This document shows, in pieces, positions 39,913 through 51,898 of a stretch of DNA of 64,000 bases (positions within the stretch are counted from its first letter, which is position 1; the number at the start of each line of letters is the position of its first letter). Below the pieces are notes generated by a model. That model was not told the origin of the DNA, searched no databases, and saw only the letters and a list, made by a program, of their open reading frames with translations. This DNA comes from Antedon mediterranea (taxonomy: Eukaryota; Animalia; Echinodermata), in NCBI RefSeq assembly GCF_964355755.1, contig NC_092675.1, positions 27,500,912-27,564,911 on the forward strand, in the 5' to 3' direction. A program made the position numbers and the translations under genes.

Positions 39913-42900
39913 TCACATTTCGTACTCAGTCAGCAGCTTCTCCTGCAACGAAAGTACTTTATCCCGCCAACATATTAATTTATCAATCTTCATATCTGTA
40001 AATGAAATGTCTTCTTTATAACCGATTTCGTCATCCGGTGGTTCTGTAATCGGAATTGAGTTGTTTGCGTACGTATAATAATGTCCAATTACGGCAAATA
40101 TTCCCGTATTTACGAGCAAAAGAACGGATAACAGGATGTAGTAGCGTTCTAGATAACCGTCGTTGATTTCATCTGGATACCATTCGTGACCTTTATATTA
40201 AAACAAATTTAAATATTAAATTGTTAATAATTGTTAATGAGAGCCAGTTCAATCTGGAAAGATCGGGCGAGGTTATACGGATATACGACTATCTGTATAA
40301 AAAATATGTAAATTGTTCTATAATTATTCATCATTACCCTTTGTTACAGAATTGACGACAATGACCAGTAAAGAACCTAAATAATTTCCTATAGCACTAG
40401 TAAAGACAGACACTCCAAGCAAAACGCCCTGCAACATCTTTGGAGCTTCTGAATATGCAAACTCCGTACCTATAAAATAAGTCACTCTTTACAATCAATA
40501 AAGCTGGAAAATGTTTATAATAGGACTATAAATGGTTTAGATCTTTGTTACAATCAAATAATTCTGTACAATTTTATACTTACGAGTATTGCATGTAAGA
40601 ATTTCACTTGCGCCAAAAATAAAATATTGTGGAATTTGAACGAATACTGACATAGTAGACGCATTGTATGACGCATTGGCAATAATTTGTTCTTTATATC
40701 CACCGTTATCCATAATGTTTTTTCTACTAACTTCAACACCGGCGGCCCCTACCATTGCTATGGTACCTAAGAACATCCCAAATCCTAAAATATAAATGAA
40801 ATTGTAATCCTTCTTAACTTTTAAAAATAAATGTCTTTATATAATATAAAGAACAACACGCATTTTATAGTATGTAAGCGATTGGGAAACGTTGCCAGTG
40901 TAGGCCAGTTTGACACACTACGTATTGCTGAGATTTCATCGAGCTTAGTAAATTAATAAAATCGCAGTATGTAGTTAAATGGCCTTTCTAGTTGTAAATA
41001 CAGTACCATTCTCTGTTATACGAACTATAGTTTAGCCTAATCTCCACTAGCAACTTTTGCAGACTGTTTCGGATTTCGAACTTTGACGTTGGTGGCGTAA
41101 ATATTTTATTTGATTGTACGCAGAATTGTCAGCAAGATAATTATAACGCTTATTATCTAATAGTAGATACTGTAACTTTCTTATTTCTGACAGTGATACG
41201 TGGGAGTACTACGTACGTTATTATAACCTTTAAGTTGTGTTAATGTTCTTGACTTGGATATAAAAATTATTTGTTAGGCTATTTAGTTAAGTGTTTCGAT
41301 CAGCTAATTGGCCATAAGCCTGCCTAGCCTAGCTAGCCCTCGTGTAGTGCTACTAGTAGTAGTTTGACTGTATGTATGTATCTGCTATGCTGTTTTGCGG
41401 GGTTGTTTGCACACGCAGCTGTGCTGCCTTGTGCGTGTTTTCATTGAGTTTATTTGTGTTTCAGACTTTACCGAAGAATAAAGAACGGTTAAAGCAACTA
41501 CCACGAGTTTGTGTATCATTGTCCGAACTAGTAAAGTGTAATCCCTTAATAATGGAGGAAAATACGTTCGTCGACCTCAGCTTCGAAGAGCTCGAGGTCA
41601 AACACCGTTCGTTTAAAGGTCATCTAACGAGGGCAAGGGACCGTTTTACCCGTGTTCTCGACCGAGACGAACCGGAACTGGTTAAAGTGGCATTCGACCA
41701 TATACAAAAGAAAATTCGAAAGATAACCGACTTACTTGATGCTATGGATGTTGTCAAACCACCTGATGAGACTAACACTACTACACGTCTACATGCAGAA
41801 CTAATGTCAGCAGCTGATGACGTGGAGAAAAAATATCAAGAGTACAGAAGGTTTTCAAGGAATGAGCAAACCGCTCATTCTTCCCAAGGTGAGCCAACTG
41901 CAGCAGGAAAAGATGAAGAGATGATAAAATTAATTAAAGCTCAGTCTGACATGGTGGCACAGCTTACAATAAAATTGAACGGAAACGGCTCAGACAACAA
42001 ACGGCCTTCAATTAAAACACCAGGACTCCCAGCCCCACGGTGGGATGGATCTCCAAGAAACTTCCATTCTTGGCATGTACGAATTGACCAATACTTCGAA
42101 TCTGCTGGTATTAAAGGTGACCAAGAAAAATTGATGATTTTGCTCAATGGTGATGCGTTACCCAAATCTATTCAAGATCATATTGCTGATTGCTGTTCTG
42201 TTGAAGGTGATAATGGAGCTTGGGCTCGTCTGAAGGAAAAGGTCCCGACTTCAGCTATTGTTCGTGATGTTATTCTGACACTTCAGATGTTGAAGCCAAT
42301 GAAGTCAGCAACAGCAAAGGAAATGCGGCCTGTTTTGAATGGACTCACAGACTTTGCAAGACGAATGCGTGAACTTGGAAAAGAATTAGAACTCTCATCG
42401 TCAGTAGTTGTTGAACTAGCGAGTCAGAAAATCGATGCTGAATTAAGTTTCGAATACATGCGGCAGATAAAGCAAGATGAGCCGACAATACCAAGTTTGA
42501 TCTCATTCTTACGAAGTGAAACGGAAGCAAGGGAACGTCGAGAGCAACCTCATATGTTTGGCGATCAAAATGCATCTACTCATCACATTACAGGACAAAT
42601 TAGTACACTTGAAAATACTACCCAATTCCCACCGAAATCTAATTTTAAAGGTGCTGAAACTAGCACGGATGATTGTCCTTTCTGCACTGACCACTCACGT
42701 CACTTGATTATAAAGTGCCCTAATTTTAACTCAAAATCTAACGAAGAGAGACGGTTAATGATAATGGAAGCTAGAAGATGTTTCCTATGTTTTCGCACAA
42801 ATCACAGTGCGTTCAGATGCCCCAGACATGACAAAAAACGCTGCTCTGTATGTCAACTATTTCACCACCGACTGATTGCTTGCCCACCCAATCGCACTTT

Positions 42901-45900
42901 GAGAATTAACAACGCAGATGGTTTCTGTCAAAGCCAAATGTCACCAAAAACACAGGCGGGAGCGAACACAAATCTACGGCCAATTGTACACCACGAAAAC
43001 CAGGTAGGAACCAACTTAGGTCAGAATCCATTCATATATTTGCCAGCATCAACTAACCAAACTGTTTCAAATATGAATTTAGATAAAACGTCAATAAATT
43101 CACCTCAGATAGTTCAGGCGGGAGCAAACCCAAGTCTACGTCAGACTGTAGCAGGGCCCAGTCAAAATCCATTCGTGTCTTTGCCTCCATCAACGAACCA
43201 GACAATTTCGAAAATGAATTCGACGAGGCATGCCGAACGTCGTCGCTACTCACCGACTACATATGTCGAGATACAAGACAACGAGGGCAATTGGCAGAAA
43301 GCTGTCGCATTCTTTGATAGTGGTGCTGATACCACTCTGGTCAAGTGCTCCACCGCTGAAAGTCTAGGCTTAAACGGACTGCCCTTTGTATTTACTTAGT
43401 GCAAGGTATCAACTTCGAGTCAGACCACTACAGGAATTGAAAGCATACGACTTGGTTGCAATTAGTGTACAAAAGCCTGCCCATGATAGCCCATCTGTTG
43501 GCGAAGATATCTTTGACGAACACCCTCATTTAACGGTAGTTAAAGAACATTTGCCTGCGGAGGAAGCCGAGATCGACTTACTCATTGGATACGACTATCA
43601 AAGTCTTACTACACCACTGAAAACAATACGTTCATTAACTGATCCTGATACATCGCCAACTGCGGCAAAAAGTGCTCTAGGTTGGACAATTATTGGACAA
43701 ACCATTCCAAAGCCAACTTCCAATGTCATCAGCCACATCACAAACGTAACTTTCATGGACGACTCCCAGCTTTTATATACATCCGATGTCATTGGAGTTA
43801 AACCAACAACCTTGTGTACATGTACAGATAAGGAGATCGCTGAATCTCAGTTTATCAAACATTGTAGAAAAAATCTCCAAATAAATGAGAAGGGCCGCAT
43901 TACCGTGGAAATGCCATGGAAGGATGGATTTCCTGAGTCTCTAGACTGTAATAGAGTACAAGCCGTGACGAGGATGATTTCACATGAGGCTAGGTTGCTA
44001 AAAAACAAGCAAATCAATGACTACAATGATGAAATTCAAGCTCTCCTTGACAATGGATTTACGCGTGAGCTTACGCCAAGTGAAGACAGAAATGAAGGAT
44101 GGTACCTTCAACACCATGCTGTCCATCAGCAACACAAGACAACGAAGATTCGAATTGTATGGAATTCCGCTGCTAAGTTTAACGGGTTGTGTCTCAACGA
44201 CGGATTCCACAAAGGGCCAGATTTCCTAAACTCACTTGTGACATGCTTTCTATACTGGCGGAAGTACGGAATTGCCATAGCTGGAGACGTTCGGAAGATG
44301 TTTAACCAGATTGCATTATCAGTGCGTGATCAAAAGTTTCATCGTTTTGTCTGGCGATTTGGTGATACCTCAAAGGATATTAGGTATTTTCAGTGGTTGC
44401 GTTTGCCGTTTGGGGACAAACCAGCACCGGACATTTCTATGATGGCCGTTCGTTTACTAGCTGAGGCTAACGCCGATTCAGATCCTATAGGGGCTCTTAG
44501 GATCAAAGATCGTATGTACATGGATGATATAACCGACTCATTTACAAAACCGAACGATGCAGTTGAGGCAGTTGAGCAGGTTACTCGTATTCTAAGAAAG
44601 GGATCTTTCGAAATCAAAGTGTGGCATTCTAACCATCCGATGGTAGACCAGTGCCCTGAAGAGAAGCACACACGTGTTTTAGGCCACTTGTGGAATAAGC
44701 TAGATGACACTGTAACAATTCAACTTGATAGATTCGATGAAGAACAGACTCCACTTACCTAAAGAAAAGTTTCCAGTCTTGTTGCCAGGTTGTGGGATCC
44801 ATTAGGAATGTTGAGCCCTGTGAGTATTCGTTATAAAATTGGACTCCAGGAGATTTGGGCAGCTAGGCTTGATTGGGACGACGTGTTTGATGATGAGCAA
44901 ACAACTATGTGGAAAGGTTTTATAAAGGAGATGAATCATCTTGTGGGATTCGAAATTCCACGTCAGCTAACGCCTGAGGATTCTATTGCTTACCCTCAGT
45001 TACACTGTTTCAGTGATGCTAGTGAAGCTGCATTTGGTTCTGTCATCTGGCTGCGTTGGGATACCCCAGCAGGAGTTAAATTGACATACGTTATAGCAAA
45101 GGCTCTAGTTGCACCGTTAAAGAAAAGATCAATTCCAAGATTAGAGTTAACTGCAGTTGTTGTCATGGCTCGACTCGCTAAACTTGTCTTAGAAGTGGTA
45201 GGAGATGTTAGTCTATGCAAGTTCTGGACCGACTCGAAAGTTGTCCTGTCTTGGGTTAGGTCACCCGCCAGGACCTTCAAACCGTTTGTGTCTGCTCGTG
45301 TTCAAGAGATTCAGGATACACTTCCAACATTTATTGATGACTTATGTTACATCCCTTCTAACATCAATCCAGCGGATTAGTTAACCAAGCCAATATACCC
45401 AAGTGACCTTCAGAAATGGATTCAAGGCCCAGATTTTCTTTTTCAAAGTTCTAACCAATGGCCAAACTATGAACCCGACTATGACACAGAGTTAAAACAA
45501 ATGGTTGTAAAGGAGTACACAACGGAGTCTCTACGCAAAACGAATTATGTTACAGCTGTCAGAGGTAGGCCTACATTTGAAGACCTGTTGGTCAACACCG
45601 TGTCAAATTGGACTAGGCTGGTTCACCGAATAGCATACTGTCGTCGATTCATTTTAAAAAGGCGACCAGAAACCCTCTTTTTGACTGCCGACGAACTGCA
45701 AAGGGCTGAATTTTCACTCTTCTACGTTTCTCAGCGCACTGCGAACGATCGTTTGGATGCTTGGAGTACTAGAAAGCTAAACCCTAAAGTGGACGAGAGT
45801 GGTATGATAAGGGTCGAGGGAAGACTTAACAAGCTTCATATCCCTGAACAACAAAAACGGCCGATTCTTCTTCGTAGAGGATCATTTCTGGTAGAGTTGT

Positions 45901-48900
45901 TTGCCAAATATATTCATAAGACGATTGGTCATCAGGGATACCGAGTGGCTGTTGCAAGCACATTTAAACGTGGAATTTACATACTCGGAGGACCCAAATT
46001 GTTTAAAGATATTGCTGCCAAATGTATGTTCTGTCGAACTCGACGTAGGAGTTTACTTAGCCAACAAATGGGAGAACTTCCCAGTTTTAGAGGCGATCCG
46101 CATACACCACCCTTTTGTAACGTAGCTCTTGATTTCTTTGGACCGATTTCTATCAAGCTCACTCGTAATACCAATACAGAAGGTAACATTCTGATAGTGA
46201 CCTGCATGACCACACGAGTTATCTCATTAGAATTAGTGGATTCTCTATCATCAGAATCATTTATTAATGCTTGGAGACGATTTGTCTGCTCGCGGGGGAT
46301 CCACCCAGTAACCGCCTTTAGTGACCATGGCCGCAATTTCGTCGGCGCTCAGCAGAAGTTGAGAGATTGGATCAAATCATGGGACGAACTAAAATTAAAG
46401 ATGGAATTCAGGAAAACCAATACATCTTTCGACTGGCAGTTCAATACTCCTTACGCTTCTCACATGAATGGAGTTGTCGAATCGCTTATAAGGAGTTGCC
46501 GTAAAGGTCTAGATGCCGTAGTCGATTACCATCATCGCCGTTTTAGTGCCCTTGAATGGCAGACTATTTTGAGTGAAGTGACTTATCTTATAAACTCACG
46601 ACCATTGTTTCCGGATGGGCCTGATCCACTTGAATCACCGCCAATTACTGGTAATGATATTCTATTTCCACATGGACAACCCGTACTCTTGCAACCGAAC
46701 TTGGAAGTGGTAACGAATCAGAAGAGTATTGTCGACATCGCACAACGACGTGTTCATGCATTCTGGGATTGTTGGATGTGTTATATGCCACCTCAATTAG
46801 TACAACGTTCAAAGTGGTTTCACCCAAGAGAAAATTTGCAGATTGGAGATTTAGTGCTAGTACTGGAACCTGGATTAAAGGGGGTTGCAGCACCACGTGG
46901 ACATTGGCGACGGGGAATAGTTGTGGATGTGAAGCCAGGGAAGGACAATCTCGTTCGGAAGGCCATGATTAAAACTGTTGAAAGATCGAATATAAGTATT
47001 AAGGAAAGGCCTGTACATAAGTTGTGTTTGATTGCAACTGTGGGAGAACTTAACCACGGGTTTTCTTCTAAATAAGGAATGCTTTATTATGTAACTACTT
47101 GAGTCGTGAACCTTTAATTACTGCATTTAATTTTAATTAATTTGTTGTGGTTATTTTTCGAAATCCTTTATGTACTGTGACTCATGTCAATTTGTCACGA
47201 GGCGGGAGTGTTTCGGATTTCGAACTTTGACGTTGGTGGCGTAAATATTTTATTTGATTGTACGCAGAATTGTCAGCAAGATAATTATAACGCTTATTAT
47301 CTAATAGTAGATACTGTAACTTTCTTATTTCTGACAGTGATACGTGGGAGTACTACGTACGTTATTATAACCTTTAAGTTGTGTTAATGTTCTTGACTTG
47401 GATATAAAAATTATTTGTTAGGCTATTTAGTTAAGTGTTTCGATCAGCTAATTGGCCATAAGCCTGCCTAGCCTAGCTAGCCCTCGTGTAGTGCTACTAG
47501 TAGTAGTTTGACTGTATGTATGTATCTGCTATGCTGTTTTGCGGGGTTGTTTGCACACGCAGCTGTGCTGCCTTGTGCGTGTTTTCATTGAGTTTATTTG
47601 TGTTTCAGACTTTACCGAAGAATAAAGAACGGTTAAAGCAACTACCACGAGTTTGTGTATCATTGTCCGAACTACAGACTCTGAGTTCACCACTGATAGG
47701 AGTTTGTTGTCCATTGGCGAATGGATGTTTTACAGTGTAACAAGACTACAATGATTATTTTGATTCACTGAATTTAACTGTTAAAAACAAACATTGGAAA
47801 CATTTTCTTGCCAAAATTCGAGTTTACAAGGCAGGAATTCAATTTCATTATCTGGACATCATAAACTTTCAAATTGTGGTAAACTAGGAGTTTGTAAACA
47901 AAGCTTGGTGAAATATAGGCCTAATAGTTTGACTAGGCTTAACACGTGCAATGTTGACATCTATGAAACATTAAAAAACTTACCCATCCGCTTAAGCTGC
48001 GTCAGTTTGAAACCAAAATACTCACAAAATGGATATACTACAGTATCCATCAACGGAATCAAAAATAAAAGACTAATTTTATTGAAGACACTAAGCGATG
48101 CAACGGGAAATGTGAAGTCACCGTAGACCAGGTTCATTCTTGCTCCTTGAAGGACAAATGACGATTGCATCTAAAGTGAAATGAAGGCTTAAATATTAGT
48201 CATCATCATCATTAAATCATAGTTTCAAATCAAAGAATGCATCAATGTTTTGGAACTATAAATAACTACCTGCGCATAACCTATAATAAGTACCTGCGTA
48301 TAAACTATAAATAACTGCCTGCGCATACCTGCGCATCATAAACTATAAATAACTACCTGCGCATAAACTGCAAATAACTACCTGCGCATAAACTATAAAA
48401 AATTACCTGCGCACAAACTATAAATAAACTACCTGCGCATAAACTATAAATAACTACCTGCGCATAAACTATAAATAACTATCTGCGCATAAACTGTAAA
48501 TAACTACCTGCGCATAAACTGTCGCATAGAAAGCTGTACCAAACAGCACTGGTATAACTCTCGCCAAAACTTTCACTTCTTCTACATGGTTACTTCGGAA
48601 AGTACCTCCATGTTCTTCCTTAGCCCGGTCAAGAAAACTTGCATTTTCTGCATTACTTTTGCTGCTACGACAGGAATATGAAATTGCCTGACCAAGAATG
48701 TTGAATATTCTGGTCAGTATGCTACCTGCAAGTAAAAAAAACACATTTTATTTTAAAACCAATTTATCTATAAAATCTAACAATGAATAAAAATGAAATA
48801 TTCAACAGACTATACTCTTTTACTGATTATAGAGGAATTGGAGTTAGTACTCTATCAAATCATATCTTGAATTTTGCGTTAAAGTGGACCAAAATGGAAT

Positions 48901-50389
48901 AAAGTATAGCAGTATTTCCCCCTAATGTTGCAACGTGTTGAAAACAGACCCGTAACTCATTGACAAACCAGTCCCGTCGAAAAAGCGTCGCTTAAAATTA
49001 CAGGGCAAATTATATGTGTCTTGCGTTAACGTGCCCTATAGCGGGAACCAAGCTGGTGCGACTCACCTTCTGGTGGTGTTGTTATATATTTTTTTCTTCC
49101 AGCCAACAAAGCTAGGCCAGCAAATATTATAGAAACAGCTGGAATTGTATAACCCCAAGCAAAGCTGATCTCTTGCTGAATATAAACCACAATAGTGTAA
49201 GCAATAATCGATCCTATATTGCTAAACCAACAACACCTGAAAGACATTGAACACAGTAAAAATATTAATTAAACGGAATTCGCAGATTATTATTTTGTAC
49301 AAAAGTTAGCGTCTTTTTCATCTATGGTACCGTACCAAAGCTATTCACTAAAATACACATTTACAATCAGTTGCACTCATTCAATTACAATTTTGTAATA
49401 ATCATTTTTTGGTAAAATATTTTATTTAATTTATGTGCAGTGGTAGTTTATCTATCAACTACTACGGTACATTATTTTAAATTTCTAAAACAAATATTGT
49501 CTTATTTTACCAATTAAAATACGATTGTAGAAACCCATCTCCCAAGTCTTCAAGTTGTTGAACGCCGAATGGGGCAACCGTTGTGTTGATGCCTCCAGAT
49601 CCGATAGCAACTAACGATAACGCTGATATATACAATATTCGCTGTTCAGATAAAGAAAGTCCTCCGTCGATCAGATTATCATAATCAATTGCGGCTATAG
49701 GTAGAATAATTGTACCTAAAAGAGTTTACATTAGTTAGGACGTCCCATTATAAAATTTGACCTAATCGAATTTCTTGTTAATAAATCAAATAGGCCTCTA
49801 TTAAAAACCGCTGTTTGTTTTCGAATAAAAGCTGAGGTGTGATTAGAAGCACTATCAAAAGATTAAAAAGGTGTTTTTGAGATTTAAACTGTCTCTCCAC
49901 CTTGACGAATGACGTTAATTAACAACTCCTATACTATTAGGTATCGTAAGTGTGTTCCAGCTGCGTCAAAGAATGAACTAACTTATAAAAAACAATCAAT
50001 TAGGCCTATAAACACTTACCGACTCCATAAATAAATAAAGACCAAAATATTGTTTTGAGTTTGCCTAAGAAAGAGTCACTTATAAGTCCACCAAGAAGGG
50101 GTGTGGTATAGACACACCCCGAAAAAAGGAGAGATATTGAACACGCTGTCACACTGCTATATTTCAGCTCGATAGTTAAAAATGTTACCAGATTTCCAAC
50201 AATTCCATAATAAGTTAACCGCTCACAGAACTGAGACAGGAGAATGCACAACACAATAAAGTAACGGTTACTGCTGATAGAAACGGGCTTCTTCTTGCTA
50301 TCTTCATTCTCCAAACTTGAATAAGAAAATCTTGTATTTGAAAGAAGCAATGACTTCTCATCTGCGGTGAAATCCAAGCTCATACCCAT
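39913..50389 (-). CDS. SLC15A4-like transporter, copy 2 (intact 586-aa ORF with divergent coupling and binding residues)
   Basis: Exons: 50020-50389, 49511-49715, 49067-49236, 48508-48725, 47984-48170, 40584-40784, 40338-40469, 39913-40190. All are GT-AG, sum to 1761 nt and contain no internal stops. A BEL element sits in intron 5. Confidence 0.85.
41065..41530 (+). repeat. 5' LTR
   Basis: It is identical by eye to 47209-47674, with TATAAAA near 41259 and AATAAA near 41477. Confidence 0.95.
41552..43399 (+). CDS. BEL/Pao gag plus N-terminal protease
   Basis: Motifs: PRWDG..NF..W, CPFC..H..C, CFLC..H..C, CSVC..HH, FFDSGADTT. The ATG is at 41552; the earlier ORF-track start lies inside the LTR. 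Confidence 0.85.
   Translation: MEENTFVDLSFEELEVKHRSFKGHLTRARDRFTRVLDRDEPELVKVAFDHIQKKIRKITDLLDAMDVVKPPDETNTTTRLHAELMSAADDVEKKYQEYRRFSRNEQTAHSSQGEPTAAGKDEEMIKLIKAQSDMVAQLTIKLNGNGSDNKRPSIKTPGLPAPRWDGSPRNFHSWHVRIDQYFESAGIKGDQEKLMILLNGDALPKSIQDHIADCCSVEGDNGAWARLKEKVPTSAIVRDVILTLQMLKPMKSATAKEMRPVLNGLTDFARRMRELGKELELSSSVVVELASQKIDAELSFEYMRQIKQDEPTIPSLISFLRSETEARERREQPHMFGDQNASTHHITGQISTLENTTQFPPKSNFKGAETSTDDCPFCTDHSRHLIIKCPNFNSKSNEERRLMIMEARRCFLCFRTNHSAFRCPRHDKKRCSVCQLFHHRLIACPPNRTLRINNADGFCQSQMSPKTQAGANTNLRPIVHHENQVGTNLGQNPFIYLPASTNQTVSNMNLDKTSINSPQIVQAGANPSLRQTVAGPSQNPFVSLPPSTNQTISKMNSTRHAERRRYSPTTYVEIQDNEGNWQKAVAFFDSGADTTLVKCSTAESLGLNGLPFVFT
43386..47075 (+). pseudogene. BEL/Pao pol (RT, RNase H, integrase) in a single frame broken by TAA at 44760 and TAG at 45378
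   Basis: ORFs 43386, 44790 and 45501 share one frame. The stops interrupt conserved LTKRK and NPADL contexts. The frame is shifted relative to gag-pro. Confidence 0.88.
47209..47674 (+). repeat. 3' LTR
   Basis: It is preceded by a polypurine tract and followed by the CAGAC TSD. Confidence 0.95.
48254..48520. repeat. 25-bp minisatellite (about 10 units, AACTATAAATAACTACCTGCGCATA) derived from the exon 4/intron 4 junction of copy 2
   Basis: The reverse complement of the unit is AGTTTATGCGCAG/GTAGTTATTTAT, which is the exon end plus the donor site. Confidence 0.92.
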
Positions 50390-51271
50390 TCTGCACACTT
50401 TCTAATACCAGTCTTTCGTTGAAGATACAGCATAAATCTGTCGGTTGTGGAGAGTATTGCGAGAATAAATAAGGTAATAATGCATGAGGTTCATACTGTC
50501 AGCCAAATCCAGCTTTCATCAGGCCGACATTTCCTTAATTATTACCGTATACAATTTTCCTTAATTACAGCCATCTGTACAAAAGTTACAGTATGTTTTC
50601 TACACGACATGTAAAGTAGATTTTTCATCGGTTGCCATTTCCTCCTGCTGGTAGGCCTATGCTACGTAATGTCAATATATATTTCGCGATAAACAAACAT
50701 TTTAATTGTCTAGGTTCTGAAATGTGTTTCTCTTAAAATTAGTAAAAAGATAAATATGTTCGGTACATATGGCGTTTTATACGTATAATAATTTAGCTCA
50801 GAGACAAAAATTGCAACGCCGACCAGTGGACTGGCACATATTTCGTTTCATACCTATAATAATTGAGCTCAGACAAAAAATTAAAACGCCGTCAAGGGGA
50901 CTAACATAAAAAGGACAAAATACAGACTTAGTGCAATATCATGTGCAATGCGATACTTTTGATTGATTTAATCATTACAGAAGTATAACGACGACAAGTT
51001 ATTCTATATTTATCAAACAATTTCAGTTTAGGCTGATATTGAATTTGTAAAAGTTTGCATGCGTACAAACAGCAGTAACAATAGTTTTGACCTGTTGTAA
51101 ATCTCTACTTCTCATTTCTTTAAAATCGCAATGAAGCAAACATTTCCAACATTTAAAATAATAAACTATATAAGCTACATTTTAAATTAATATTATTTTC
51201 GTCTTACATTTGATACTATTTTAAATCGTTATTATTATTATTATCTTATTATTGGATGATAATTACTCTTA

Positions 51272-51450
51272 AGCTTGGTTCCCACTAGAACGTAACGCAA
51301 GGACGTAAACGCAACGCAAGCGTTTTAACCAATGACAAGCGAAGTTATAGAAAGTTAGCAATCACAAGCGAATAAGCCATCGCTTGTGATTGGTCAATTC
51401 ACTTGCGTTGCGTTACGTCCTTGTGTTGCGTCGCTAGTGGGAACCACGCT
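51272..51450. mobile_element. 179-bp palindromic MITE, same family as 17990-18168
   Basis: It has a TTA TSD on both sides and is near-identical to 17990-18168 in reverse orientation. Confidence 0.85.
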
Positions 51451-51898
51451 TTAGAGTGTTATGTAAAAACACTTCATTCACAAATATTATAACTAATGAT
51501 AAAGTAAAGTAATGTACTAAAATATTATCTATTTATAATAAAATAATTTTAAAATAGGCTTCTACGTCACGTGTCATATAATCCTTGTTACAGTTACAGT
51601 ATAATATGAACATTCCGAGAAGAATAAATATTGCTACTAATACAACCATTATCTATGGCAAGGCACTTGGTTGGTATAGATAGTGCTTTTGTGGAGGCCG
51701 CCCGTATCGTAGGAAGATGTAATTAAAGTTTAGATATAAATCTAAAGTTGAAATATAGCAAGCAAGCTTTTCATGGACGATACAATTACGTCAAATCAAG
51801 AATGATTAGATGGTACATTCCTTTATTCCCAACCATTCGTGGTTTGACAAAGACATTGTTCTCAATTGCCTCTGTTTACCTCACTGCCATCTTGCTGT

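Larger units (their letters stand above)
41065..47674 (+). mobile_element. BEL/Pao LTR retrotransposon, full length, with defective pol
   Basis: LTRs are 466 bp each (41065-41530 and 47209-47674). The TSD is CAGAC at 41060-41064 and 47675-47679, and the PPT is GAGGCGGGAG at 47199-47208. Domain order is gag (three Cys/His knuckles), protease (DSG), RT (YMDD), RNase H (FSDAS, IPRLEL, WTDS, NPAD), integrase (HHCC, DFFGP, SDHGRNF). Confidence 0.96.

Noticed and set aside
41372-41551. Hydrophobic signal-peptide-like N-terminal extension of gag in the ORF track
   Set aside because: It lies in the LTR and recurs at 47516; the likely start is the ATG at 41552.
44760-45380. Programmed stop-codon readthrough in BEL pol
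   Set aside because: The stops replace conserved residues inside RT and RNase H and lack known readthrough contexts, so nonsense mutations are the simpler explanation.
41941-47057. Antisense and alternative-frame ORFs within the BEL element, and the other short 60-110 aa ORFs in introns
   Set aside because: They are shadow ORFs or chance AT-rich frames with no motifs or splice support.
48254-48520. CRISPR-like array
   Set aside because: The units abut with no unique spacers, the context is eukaryotic, and it derives from an exon-intron junction.
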